Source of the DNA: Mytilus californianus
Taxonomy: Eukaryota
NCBI RefSeq assembly: GCF_021869535.1
Contig: NW_026262712.1
Span: 50,902,001 to 50,966,000, forward strand
Direction of reading: 5' to 3'
Length of the DNA: 64,000 bases
Below, one piece after another: positions 23,824-36,904 of the stretch. Positions within the stretch are counted from its first letter, which is position 1, and each line of letters begins with the position of its first letter. A program made the position numbers and the translations under genes. The notes beneath the pieces are model-generated. The model searched no databases, had not been told where the DNA came from, and saw nothing but the letters and a program-made list of their open reading frames with translations.

Positions 23824-26800
23824 AATCTTACTCATGTTATCGCTTATAATTTCAGGAATTTTTAATGTAATAAACTGTTAATGGAATAAATCAAATCTGA
23901 TAAAGAGGTTACTCAAATTTCTTCGCACACACAGAATGTAACATTAGATTTAGATTGGAAAAAGACAATATAAAAATATTAAACAAAACGTCTGTGTTAC
24001 AATGAGAAACAAAATGTCGAAAACAAAATAGGATAATAGTAATGCAATCCATGACGATCCGAAAAATTGGCCAGCATTTTATCTGAACACAACTCGTCAT
24101 ATATATATACACATACGTTCGTGTATAAATTTACACAGTACTTGATATTTTGACAATACGAACCCTCCTTAAAAAAACATGTAATTTCTATTGCCTTGTG
24201 CCTTTATTTGCAGAAGATCCGTTATTAAGTATAAGAATAAGGAGATTTGGTATGATTGCGAATGAGATATCTAACACCACACTTGTCCAAATGACTCGCG
24301 GACAATACGATATATTCAAACTACTAATATGCATAACATCTATAAACTTTTTATTCACACCCTTTTTAATACAGAAATATATATTTGCTCAAACTTGTTA
24401 GTTTACAAAGCTTAATAGGTCTAGAGTGAGCTATGTTAGTCATTTACTATCATTCTTCTATCCATTTATATGTTCCACCACCAAGAAGGCCGTGACATAT
24501 AGTGTTACCTATGTCCGTCATTCCGACATTTTCAAAAAGTTGTCCGCATTTTTACCTGCCGATGTAGATAATCTTTTTGGTACATGAAAATTATACTTGT
24601 CATGACTTTCTTTGAGTAGCCTGCCGTCCTGCTTTAGCTTCTGCTAGAAGCTATCACCTGCTTGAACTTTCAAATATTATCAATAAAAGCGAGCTCTGTC
24701 CGAAATGTAGAACATTAGAAAAACTAGAAATTAATACACAACTTATAGTGGATGCTAGTGCCTTGCTCTGTAACTGTCAATGTAAATGTGGATGTACAGA
24801 TTTTCTTCATCTTGTAGAATACATAAGTAGAAAACTTTGCTTTGCTTTGCACATTAGACGTTAACAATATTATTAACATTGCCGGTGAATAAAAAGAAAG
24901 GATTGCTTGCAACCACTCAGTCAAAGGCGTGAATATTTAAAATCTAAATTATCTTTTGTTTTAGATTTTAATAGTGTAATAAACATTTAGTGGGTGTTAA
25001 ATACACCATATCCTACTCTGTAACTAGATGTGTGTCTTTGAAAGGCAGGATCTTCACACAAGACAAAACAAGACAATGGCGGCAAAATTAATAAACTATA
25101 ACCCAAAGTTCTCTAATACTTGTAATAAATGACAGCTTGGTCACAAAAATATTGCTTTAAACCATTCGAAATCCTAAGATTTGGCAGTTGTCTTTATCCT
25201 TGTCTTTGACGGGGCAAGGTTGGCATCTCTTGTATTTTGGATTTAGAAATCAAGTACAAAATAAATGTATTGGAGTTAATTATGAATTCTAAGGAAACTC
25301 CTAGTTTCGTGAATGTGCTAACCTAGAGGACATAAAATTTGTTTTGAAAAAGATAAAGTGGATATAAAAAACTCTCAGCCGAGATTTATTTGAATGCGCG
25401 TCGTATCTTGCAATAAGTAATTACAAGTATTACAATTAACTGAAGTAAGTTATCTTTGGGAAACAAATCAGGTATCAAAAAGGAAGAACGGACATAGGCT
25501 AATGAGATATCAACCAAGAGACACAAAAAATCTCGAATAACATGATGTATAATATACGTTTCTTATATTACCGGTTAATAAGTTTAGAAATTATCAATAA
25601 AGTATGGTTCCAACTCCCTCTGAAAAATTTGACCTTAGATAAATTTGCTTATTCTTAGTCGGTCTCTTTTGATGATTTATATTGCTCCTACCGTTTCTAT
25701 GTAGTTAAACATGCCTGGATTTCAAATGTTTGGGTTTGCACTTTCCTGAAGAGGGTATATATAACGCAGGGAATTTATAAAGTGTTATTTTCAAAGAAAA
25801 CAATATGCAGTCACCATGCATACAGTTTCACAAATCAAATTTTAAACCAGAGAAAGCATGAGTGGACATTTTACTTGTTTAAATTCTTAAGGTACACTGA
25901 TGTATAAGGTACGTGTGCATACATGGTGTTATCAAAGAAAACTGGTTCGTTGATTAGAAATCGAGAAGTTTATTTTTTTTCAAGAGGGTAGAAATTAAGT
26001 ATCGTGATGAAACAAGAACTCAATTAAGCACATAGAAGGATGTCAACATTTATCAAATTTGACAAGAAAATACTGCAGTTTATGAATGATTATCGTTTTA
26101 AAAAGGAGAAAATACAAAGAATGCAATCAGAAACAATACCGGTATATCGAAGAAAAACGCATAGCACCACTATGTTGTGTTGCTGATTTTAAGTAAAAAT
26201 CTAGTGAAAAGTCGCATTCGACGATGTCATTAATGCGATAAAGAGGATAGTGGTTGCATGTCCTTAGTTATCTATCACAAATATTCCATAACAGATTATG
26301 ATGAAAAAAAGTTTGTGCAAGATTTCTTCCAACTCTTAATCGATATAGCCCTTTATACATTGGCTTCTTTGTAAGCAGCAATCCCCTATCAATGAAATCA
26401 TAATAAGAAATTAAAGTCCTGGAATAAAGTTTCAATATGGAAATTTTAAAATATGCATGCAGGTTCTGATGAAATGTCAATGCATAGAAATAAAAGTTGT
26501 GTATGTCCTCCATGTACATTATAATGTCTTGTCTCAGAAATATTTTTCTAAAACATTTTTCCATTTCAATTCAACAAATTACTAATTTTAAGTTTAACAT
26601 TTATTTATATATTCCATAATAAATCCACTACAAGTCCTTCAACCTTTAGAAAACTTTCCTACATGTGATGCTAATTTGTTTTCCTGAATATGACTGACTA
26701 ATTTTCCACTCAACAAGGAATCAATAAATCAATCCTAAAATAGATGCGAAAGATACCAGAGGGACATTCAAACTCATAAGTCGAAAATAAACTGACAACT

Positions 26801-29800
26801 CCATGGCTAAAAAGAAAAAGACAAACAAGAGCACACAAAACACAACATAGAAAACTAAAGACTGAGCAACACGAACACCACCAAAATCTAAGCTGATCTT
26901 AGGTGCTCCGGAAGGGTAAGCAGATCCTACTCCACATGTTCGCCAGTCGTGTTGCTTATGTACATTCAAACCCATTAATAATTCAAATTCGGTAGTTCAC
27001 TTTTGATATATTTTCTGTCGATCAAGTACAATATCGCAAATCAAAAAACATGTGTTATCATATTTTTGCACCCCTGTTATCTGAAGTGGCTTCATTATTT
27101 CATGACACGTGAACCATTGAAAGTTCCTTGTAACAAAACAGCAACAACAAAACAAAACAGAACATCCATCTAAACGATATTGTGAAATATTCAGTGAAGA
27201 TGTATTAGATCACTTTCGACTTCAATGTTCGTGCCGTAAACTCCCAACGACAAATAGTGTATGATGAAGACATAATCTTTCAATCAGTTTGATTGAGGTC
27301 TTGAGCTGGCATGTCAGTAACTGCTAGTATTCCCTTGTTAATTTTTTTTATCATTGTTATTTTGCTTAGTCTCTTTTGTTATATGTTCTGACATCAGACT
27401 GGGTCTTCCTTTAAACTGAGTTTTACTGTGCGTATTGCTGTGTGTTTGTTTATTCTTCATTGGATAGAGGTATGGGGGGGGGGGGTTGAAATCTCACAAA
27501 ACATTTTTAACCCCGCCGCATTTTTGCGCCTGTCCAGACTGATGAGCCTCTGACCTTTGTTAGTCTTGTATGTTTTTTTAGAATTGTAGAATTTTAGTTA
27601 ATGTATTTGTTTTGGAGTTTGGTGTGACGTCCATTTTCATTGAACTAGTACACATTTTGTTTAGGGGCCAGCTGAAGCCCGCCTCCGGGTGTGGACTTTT
27701 CTCGCTGTGTTGAAGACCCATTGGTAGCCTTCAGCTGTTTGCTGCTCTTTGGTCCGGTTGTTGTCTCTTTGATACATTCCTCATTTCCATTCTCAATTTT
27801 ATGCTTAATAAGGAATCTTCCTCTATTTAAAAGAGGAAGTAAAACTATTGCGCGGAAACCAAATTGTCAACTTTATAGACAAAGACGACGACAGGTCGAT
27901 CACATAAAACACCCTCCTTTTATCCTTGTTGGTGGCAACTTGAAGTAGTAGGATTGTACACAAATGGGCAATGGTTTTGGGTGTAAATTTTAGCCTGAAT
28001 CAGCGAATTTAAACTTTCATACAAATAATGTGGTTCTAAAATTTTACATCTAAAATTATTAAACAAAATTCAAATGTACGTCGTCGTGTTTAAAATATTG
28101 ACATTTGTATTTTTTGAAACAATGTTGGAACGGTTTTTAATTCGAATTTAAACATTTTAATAAATTATCAATGACAAAACATAAGCTATTTTTTATTCAC
28201 ATATTCTTGCTTAGTTTTGGGGATAATTTTTGCTAATGCTCCGTCTCGTAACTTTATACATAAATAAATAGGAGGTAGTTGTCTGCATAAAGTTACGCCA
28301 AATCGTTAAAACACTACTTCAAAAAATGTGTATCTGAAAAAGAGTTGATCCTAGTAGTTGAAGAGATAGATATGTGTACTCCTACAAACACTTTACCCTT
28401 TAATAGAAGAGAAACTTTCACTAAAATCATTGAATTATGAAATATGGATTACATAACATATTCTACTTGAGACATGAACTTTTTTGTTATGTGTTCATTT
28501 CCAAAAATAAGATATATCTATATCATATATATATATCAGAATTTCAGTCCGTATCAACAAATGAAAAGGTAAGACGAGGAGATCTTAAAAGTATATTCTT
28601 TTATATAGATGAATTATTTGACAGACTTTTAAATCAATAATGATCATTTTAATGGTAATTGTAGGTAGTCCAGATTGAAAAAATTCATACATTCGCCTCT
28701 CTGTTTAAACAGTTGTCTGAGGAATAATGTTAGTTGTGCGGATCATTCCGTTAGATACATATGCTAAAAAGATAATTGGTTTTTTTTTGCTGAATAAAAA
28801 ATAAAAATAAGAATAGAAAATCGCTGTAAAAGCAGACTTATTTCATGTATTTTTACATGTTTAAAGCAGGCAATGACGTCAAATTTAGTATTGGCATGCA
28901 TACAAAACTTCCAATCAATTGAGAGGGAGGTTTCCCAGCAAGTGTCCGACTTCAATCATTTCGGATATCTTTTAAAACAGGTAAACCAGAAGTAATTTAT
29001 TCGTTTTGCTAAAATCTTCATTTATAGTTCATTTTAAAGGAAAAAAATATTATCTTTCCAACATTGTAAAGTTAGAGAAAGTTCAACCAAACCGTTTATG
29101 AAAATAAATACTGGAAACTAGCACATCTTATGTTTCCGTCTATCGTCAATTCCGTATGCAAAGAGAGACAACTCCGCAGCACTATTCAATGAATAATCAG
29201 AAAGGTGAAAAAAATAAGAATAATATGCAATTTCTACATCAAGCAGAAATCCAAGTGTGTTGGTAATCAATATTTCACATGAAAATTCGAAAAGGGTAAG
29301 AATTTTTTTTTGTTGTCTTAAATGTTTGTTTGAATCGATTATGATTTTAATATAAAAAAAATTACCAATTAGATAATTGTATATCTTAGTGTATAATTAT
29401 ACAATTTCTTGGTAACTTATATAGCTAAGGTGAAGCACATTTTCTTTGTTTGCATTTCGGACTACAGTGAAATAGTCATTACAATATAAGCTTTTGTACT
29501 GAAATTGCCGCTATCCGTCTCGGCAAAGAAAAAATAAAATATTTCCAGTACGTTGCAACTATTTTAATAAAAAAAAAAACCGCTAAAACCAGAGACATAC
29601 AGTACTCATTTTATATGTTTCTCCCCTAAATCTTATCGCATGAAGAATTATTGAAAGTCAGACCCACAATATGAATAATAGAAGTGGAGTATATACGTAA
29701 ATACCGGAGATAAAATCCAAGAAAACAATAACTCAAAAGCATGACATCTTTTCTACAATTGTGGAAAAGAATCTGCTTACCAGTTGTCGATAAAAATCTT

Positions 29801-32460
29801 AACAGGACATTTTCTATTAATCGGCTCAATTCGAGAGAGAAAACAACTTTTTCTCCTGCTTTTCATGGCCGCGTTTTTGTGGTATAATGTCAGCAGACTG
29901 TATCAGTTAAAAAAATGTTAAATACAGTTACAATATGCCCTACCAAAGACCCCTTTTGTTCTTTTGTATACGTTGACATAGTTAATACAAACATTGATCA
30001 TGGGACCTTTAAACTTTGTGGTAGCCTTAATGGCTGTTTACACCATTTTATACATTTAGAATTTAATCGGTAAGATTGTTTTACTAACAGTATATTAGAC
30101 TATACAAGAATACTTGTGAAACAGTTAACAAAATGTGTATATTGCGCATTTCAATTTCTATAAAATCTTCTACGTTGGCATAGCTCTGACTTGGACAAGT
30201 TTCTTCATGTTAACAAAACTTACTTGTTTGTCACCGATTTGACTTTGAGAATCTATGATTACATTTTGAGATTGATTGATTGATTGATTGTAACTTGATA
30301 AACGTCATGTGGCAGATATTACTACCACAGGAATAGATGACTTATTAGACAAAACCTTCCGGAACTTTGGGTTCTCGAAGCTCAACAACTTCGTACTTTA
30401 TTTGTTCTTTTTAACTTTTTTGATTCGAACGTCACCAATGAATCTTTTGTAGACGAAACGCATGTCTAGCGTACAAAATTGTATTCTGGTACCTATGATT
30501 AGTTTATTAATTATGATCAAATTGGTGTTTTGTGTGCAAACTTTTAAAGGTGACATAACAAAAACAAATCTACAGTCTAAACATTCTCCTCTTTCATTTT
30601 TTTCTTGCCAAAAAAGGGGGCAATAACATAATTTTGCCCATCTACCTCATTTGAAAGGGGGATGGGGAATGCCTCATTGCCCCTGTTTCGTATGAATTAT
30701 AACCGCGAAGTTTAACACACGAATACAGCTAAATGTAAAAACAATTCAAACTTGATTTTGGTAAAAGTATGGCCCGTAAGAATACATATATATTGTACTG
30801 CATGTCAATTGGATTTCATGAATTCTTCGTGTTTCATGACGTTTCTTATGCTAGTAAGTCTTTTAAATTGCATTTGATATGGCTTTTACTTTGTGCAAAA
30901 ACAGCTAATTTATCTTGCGTATATCGACTTTTTTCTTTAAGTGGAATATCCATATACATGTAGTCTCTAGCTGTCTGTTATAAGCAGGAGGTGGAAAGAA
31001 ATGCCTCCGATAATATCGCTTCTTAAACTTTGTCGTCCCAAAAACCACCCAATCAGAAATTATATTTAATACAAATGAAGATCTAAACCAATCTTCATTA
31101 AATATAGCTTTTTACATAATAACCAGACAGCTTGTCAAGTTAAGCACCCTTTAAAACTTAACTGTTTTGTGCTGTATATTCACCTATAATCTCTCCTTAC
31201 CACACAAATGCATGTATGCTGTTCTCATATTTACGAAGCTTTTTGTCTAGTAAAGCCCCGACCCTCGGTGTTTTCTGCTGCAGAGTCACCTGCAGTATTT
31301 CCCTACCAACTGGACGTCTTTACTGTTCTTAATTTCTTATAGTATTTTATTTTCGTTTAATATTATTTCAGTTCGGATTCATTTAAAAAAAGGTTTTATA
31401 CATGCATATGCTACATACTGCGATTAGAGAAACAGCAGATGTTATTTGTAATCTTTGTTGTTGAAATGAAATTATGTTCTATTTTTCTCTCTCCATATCT
31501 CCATGTTATTTACTATATGTACATATTCGTAAATTGATACACTGTTATGTTTGAATGCATGCCCTCCATGGGCCCAAATTGGTTAAATAATATATTGTAT
31601 ATATTTATTGAACGCGTAAACTACTTAAGGTTAAAGTTATAGGATCGTTCTACCTACATTGTTCTTTTTTTTAACAGAAAATCCTTTTTACTTTGTATTA
31701 TTCTAAATTAGTAATATTCAAGAAGATGAACATTCACTGTGACATACAATTCATGGTTCCTCTATATTGCATAGTTCACTGAAGCCAGTTGCAACGAAGT
31801 CAACTCGCTTATAATACGATGAATATCTGGCTTTCAAAACTTCGGTTTTCGTTCAATCTATAGAGCCCTAAACTATATTGTAGTTTTAGTTACCAAAATT
31901 GGTTTGAATTTGCCCATGTGAAGAGAAAGATCACTACTGACTTGGGGTCAATATAATAAAGGTCTAAAAAAGTGATCTTTTACAATGTCCAAAGTGCATT
32001 TTGTACAAATCAAGACAAGAAAGTTATACAATCATATATTTTTTTCGTATTTCAATTGTAAATAATCCAAACAAAGTTAATTGTGTTAAGCAAAAAAAAT
32101 GATTATTTTTATTTGTTTAATTTATAAAAAAAAAATCCCATAAAGGTTTTTAACTATTCTTTCATTTTTCACTTAATAATTACCTGACTTTGGTCCTTCT
32201 CTAACAGGTAAGTAAAATTTCTGACCAGTTGAATGGTATGGTTTGATGAAACACATTGCAGTTCGATTATACTTTTGAATGAATAGAGCAGGACAATCAA
32301 TCCAGGGTAAAAATATCTATCAAGTGCTGACGGTATTTTGTTTTTTGTCCTTACGGACTGCGATTAACGATTGTAAAAGACTATACTATACTGGTTTTAC
32401 TTACTTGTGACATTTTCCCTAATATATCAATTTTTATTTAATTTCAGGAAAACGTGGTAC

Positions 32461-34182
32461 ATGGCTACATCTGTAAGTGATCCCTGTGACGTTTGTGTTG
32501 GGCAGTCCATATCAAAACAAGCAGTCAAATGGTGTCCTGAATGTGAAGAAGCCTATTGTTTGGAATGTATTAACCACCATGGAATTGCCAAGGCAACCAA
32601 AGATCATCAAGTCATAGCTGTAGAAAATTATATGAAATTACCGCCTTTTGTAATAGAAACCAAGCATCACTGTACAAAACATGGATCACGTTTCCAAAAT
32701 TACTGTCGTAGTCACGAGAATCCTTGTTGCAAACGATGCATCAACACAGATCATTAGAAATGTCCCGATTTGCCACCTCTTGATGATGTCATCCAGGACG
32801 CAAAATCATCAGTCACGTTCGCTGTTATTGAGGTACGTCTTCATAATCTAAAGAAATTCTTTTCTGAAGTCATTACAGAAAAAGAAGAAAACTTTGATGA
32901 AATCAAACTTCAACATTAGACGATAGAGAAACAAATCAGAAAAATGCGAATAGATATCAATCAGCATCTTGATAACTTAGAGAAGCAAATAATGCAAATA
33001 CTGTCCATCAAAGAAAATCGCCATCAAAAAGATATCGAGAAATTATTATAGCATGTTGAAGAAATCATCCACTCGAATAGACAGCCTTATGGAAAATATA
33101 GATCCAATAAAGCAGTATGCTTCAAATTTGCAGACCTTCTTGAGCACGAAAGAAATAGACAGGGAACTGTATAAAACTGAGAAGAAAGTTTAAGTTTTAT
33201 GCAAAGATGACAGTTTGAATAGATACGTTATCTCATTTATTAAGTACGACAAGCTTGGAAATTTCATGGAAAACTTACAGTCTTTTGGAGAAGTTTCAAA
33301 TACGTATGAAAAGACGAAAATTCTTCATGAGAAATCAAAAGTAGATCAAGCACAGATAGTTGCAGTACCAAGCAAACATGTTGAAAACAAGAATCTTGTA
33401 CTTGAAAAGAAGATAGTGGTTCCTAGACCAGGTAAAAGTAGTTTTGGTTCAGTTACGGGATGTGAAGTATTACAAAACAAACATTTTCTATTTTCATATT
33501 TTGATAGCTTGAATAGTAACAATTGTTGTTTAAGTTTGCTAGGCGAACATGACATCGAAATATTTGTTTTTAAACATGACAAAATTGGTGGAATTTACCC
33601 TTATGGTATTGCTGTTATCAATGATACGACAGTAGCTATAGCACCAGTGAATCGTTCAAAATCAATTGTAATCTTCAACATTGAAACCAAAAAGGTATTC
33701 CAAGTGATAGAAACTAAACACCCATGCAGTGGTGGGATATCATGTTTCGAAAATACTCTGATATACAGTTGCGGGAAAGAAGGTTTGGAAATGAGATCGC
33801 TGGATACAGGAAAAGTCCATACTTTGAAATTTGCTAGTAATGATCCATGGGAGCACACTTTATTCAAGAACAAAATTTATATTACAGATAATAGCAGTGA
33901 TACAGTATTATGTTATGACATGGATGGAAAAGTCCATTGGAGATGGCAAAATGTTGACGAAATTAAGTATATTGGCGGAGTAGCCGTCGATAACAACTCA
34001 AATTTTATATTGCGGGTGTAAAGTCAGGTCGCATTCTGATTATTTCACCCGACGGCAAAACTTTCAAGTCTTTTATACCGGAAGGTATCAAATGGCCAAG
34101 AGCAATTTATTACGACAAAATTACGAATAAACTTTTGATTTGCGAAAATAATGGAGATGCGGGGATATATTATGTCTCCTAA
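32461..34182 (+). pseudogene. TRIM-like copy D, full-length pseudogene
   Basis: ATG at 32461; TAG at 32755 and 32917; frameshift near 33060; TAA near 33189; frameshift near 34010; ancestral stop at 34180-34182. Confidence 0.93.
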
Positions 34183-34562
34183 AATTACATTCGTGTTATC
34201 GCTTATTTTGTCAGAAAATTTTCATGTAATTATATAATAAATCAATTTTAATAAAGAGGTGTGTACTGCTTTGTACATCCAATTTTATTTTTTTAGATAT
34301 AAAATAGATACAACAAATATACCAACACAACTGTGTTCAATGCAAACCAAAATGTCGAAAAATGCATGCAATTCCAAGACGATTTAAAAAAAACAAAAAG
34401 AAAAGAAAGAGCCCAACTCATCACATATATATACGATAGTGTTAACTGCACAAAACACTGAGAACTGAAATATGGACAATGCGAACTACGCTTAAAAAAT
34501 GTATTTTCTAAAGCATTTGGCTGCATGTATTCCAAAAACATCCTAACTTTAATACAAGAATA

Positions 34563-34626
34563 AGGAGATGTGGGCGCTATGATTGCCAACGAGAAGGAGA
34601 TGTGGGCGCTATGATTGCCAACGAGA
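34563..34626 (+). repeat. Exact ~32-bp tandem duplication inside a common repeat
   Basis: AGGAGATGTGGGCGCTATGATTGCCAACGAG occurs twice in a row. Confidence 0.9.
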
Positions 34627-35530
34627 CAGCTATCCACAATAGTCTTAATTACGTGGATGTAAATATATATAGGTCAACGTACGGCCTTCAACAATGAGTA
34701 AACCCATATAAAAGGCCACGAAATGAAAAAAAAATGAGGAACAATTCAAATGAGAAAACACACGGCCTGATTTATGACAAAACAATCAACGAAAAACAAA
34801 TGACTGACAAAAACCGACGACAAACACTTAATTACAGGCTCCTAAATTTGGGCACTTAAAAAATGTAGCGGGTTAAACATGTTTGTGAGACCTCAACCCA
34901 ATCCCATCTAACCTCGGACAGTGGCATAATAGTACAACATAAGAACGAACTGTAAAAATCGGTTGGAAATAGCTTTTATCATCAGATCGGCATGATGCAC
35001 AAAAACATTAAACACAACTAACATAAAGGCAAGACACAATGTACCGAAGTAAGAGTTCACACAGTTACTAAAAGTCTATTCGATACCACTTTACAAAAAA
35101 GCAATTATTACACAACTAACGGATTTAGTGTAAAGACGTCATAAATAGTATGAGAAAAGCATGACCTAAAATTATTTAAATATTCACTTAACTAAATAAA
35201 GTATGAATGCTACCGGAACCTTTCTCTATTTGTAGTTTAAAACGCATTCATAGTCTAATAAGTAGCCTAGATTGTTAGTCCGTGTCAACTTTCATCTTCG
35301 ATTTTAATTTCAATAGTTTTGCCCATAATATCATTTCTCACAGTTACGTAGTTTATATGTCTAGCGTGAGCTATTCAGTTAAGTCATTTGCTCTCTTTCG
35401 GCTATCAATTTTGATGTACCCGCCACCAAGTGGCCTTGGCATATAATGTATAACCCATGTCTGTCATTCCGTCCTTCTCAATCAGTTGTCCTTAATTTTG
35501 CCTGCAGATCAATAGATAATGTATTTTAGT

Positions 35531-36225
35531 CTTAAACGGTCATTTTTATTTTAACAACATTTGAAAAGTCTGAACAACAAATTATTAAGAAATGTTCAGT
35601 CTTTTAGTCAATTTTCATTCCTGTTGACTTCGGCAAATTCACTACTGTTCACTACAATTTACTTGTAGTCAATTCCGTACTCTTTGGTTGCAGCGAATTC
35701 AGTACTGTTCCGGGACTATTTTCTTGCAGTCACTTCAGGACTTCAGTAGCGTTCAGACAATTCAGTATGTAAATGGTGTGTACAAATATATAACAACTGT
35801 TGGTCAGATCTAAATTGTCTGCAAGTAAATTGCCTTAACTGTACTGAATTTACCGCAGTGGATAAGTCTAAATAAACTCATAGATACCAGGATTAAAATT
35901 TTGTACGCCAGACGAGCGTTTCGTCTTCAAAAGACTCGTCAGTGACGCTCGAATCAAAAGAGTTAAAAAGGCCAAATAAAGTACGAAGTTGAATAGCATT
36001 GAGGACCAAAATTCCGGAGGGTTTTACCGAAAACAGTAAAAGTAATCTACTCCTGGGGTAGAAAAACCTTAGTATTTAGAAAATTCAAATTTTTTTTAAC
36101 AGTTATATTTATGACCATATCAATGATATTTCATGTCAACACAAAGTTGACTAAAATACTGAAAATGATTTAAGGGATTAATTGTTCAGTCTTTTAAGAA
36201 CTGTTTAGTTAAAAATTGCCGTTTC
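35531..36225. mobile_element. MITE-like element with long imperfect terminal inverted repeats, containing a nested repeat (35878..36135)
   Basis: 35562-35628 is the reverse complement of ~36136-36195 (GTCAAC..TTGACTAAAA.ACTGAA..TTGTTCAG.CTTTT). Confidence 0.55.
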
Positions 36226-36628
36226 AAATAAGAATTGTAAATTTGTAAAAATGCGGTAAAGAGGACAGGATATTGGCTGCTGAAACTTGTCCTTTGTTTT
36301 CTATGACACAAATATTCCATAACTGTTAAATAATTTATGATGACTTGCTTAAAACTTTTAATCAATGAGCCTTTTTTTATTTTCTAACTTATAAGCAGCA
36401 ATCGTCTTTCAATGAGATCATAATAGAAAATGCAAGTCCTGAAATATATTGTTTCAATAGGAACATTTTACCATATGGAGGTGCTGCTGAAATACAACTA
36501 CATAGAAATGAAAGTAATATATTGTTCACCATGTGCATTACATTGCCGTGCGTACGCGTGACAGCAATATCTTTCTAAAACAAATCTCCATTCCATCATT
36601 CATACAAATTACAAAATTTATTAAACAT

Positions 36629-36904
36629 TTATTTATATATTCCATAATAAATCCACTCCATTGCTCTAATTGGTGGTAAAAGTGTACAAAAAATGTGTCC
36701 GCCAGCATCGTTGTTTTCCGTTATATACGCATATGACGTCACATGAAGTACACGATTATGTCTAGTGACTAAAATATTCTTTTCATTCCAACTAGATTCC
36801 GATGGTATAATAATATCTTCATGGAAAAGAATTCCTGGATTTCTTTTGTCGAATCTTTTTCTAATTTTCTCTGCTGATCTGTTATATGCTATCACGTAGG
36901 ATGC
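36629..36904 (-). CDS. Hydrolase exon 7 (terminal)
   Basis: TTTTTTTACAG|ASYVIAYNRSAEKIRKRF...GGHIFCTLLPPIRAMEWIYYGIYK*; 276 nt including the stop. Confidence 0.9.
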   Translation of the reverse strand, partial: ASYVIAYNRSAEKIRKRFDKRNPGILFHEDIIIPSESSWNEKNILVTRHNRVLHVTSYAYITENNDAGGHIFCTLLPPIRAMEWIYYGIYK

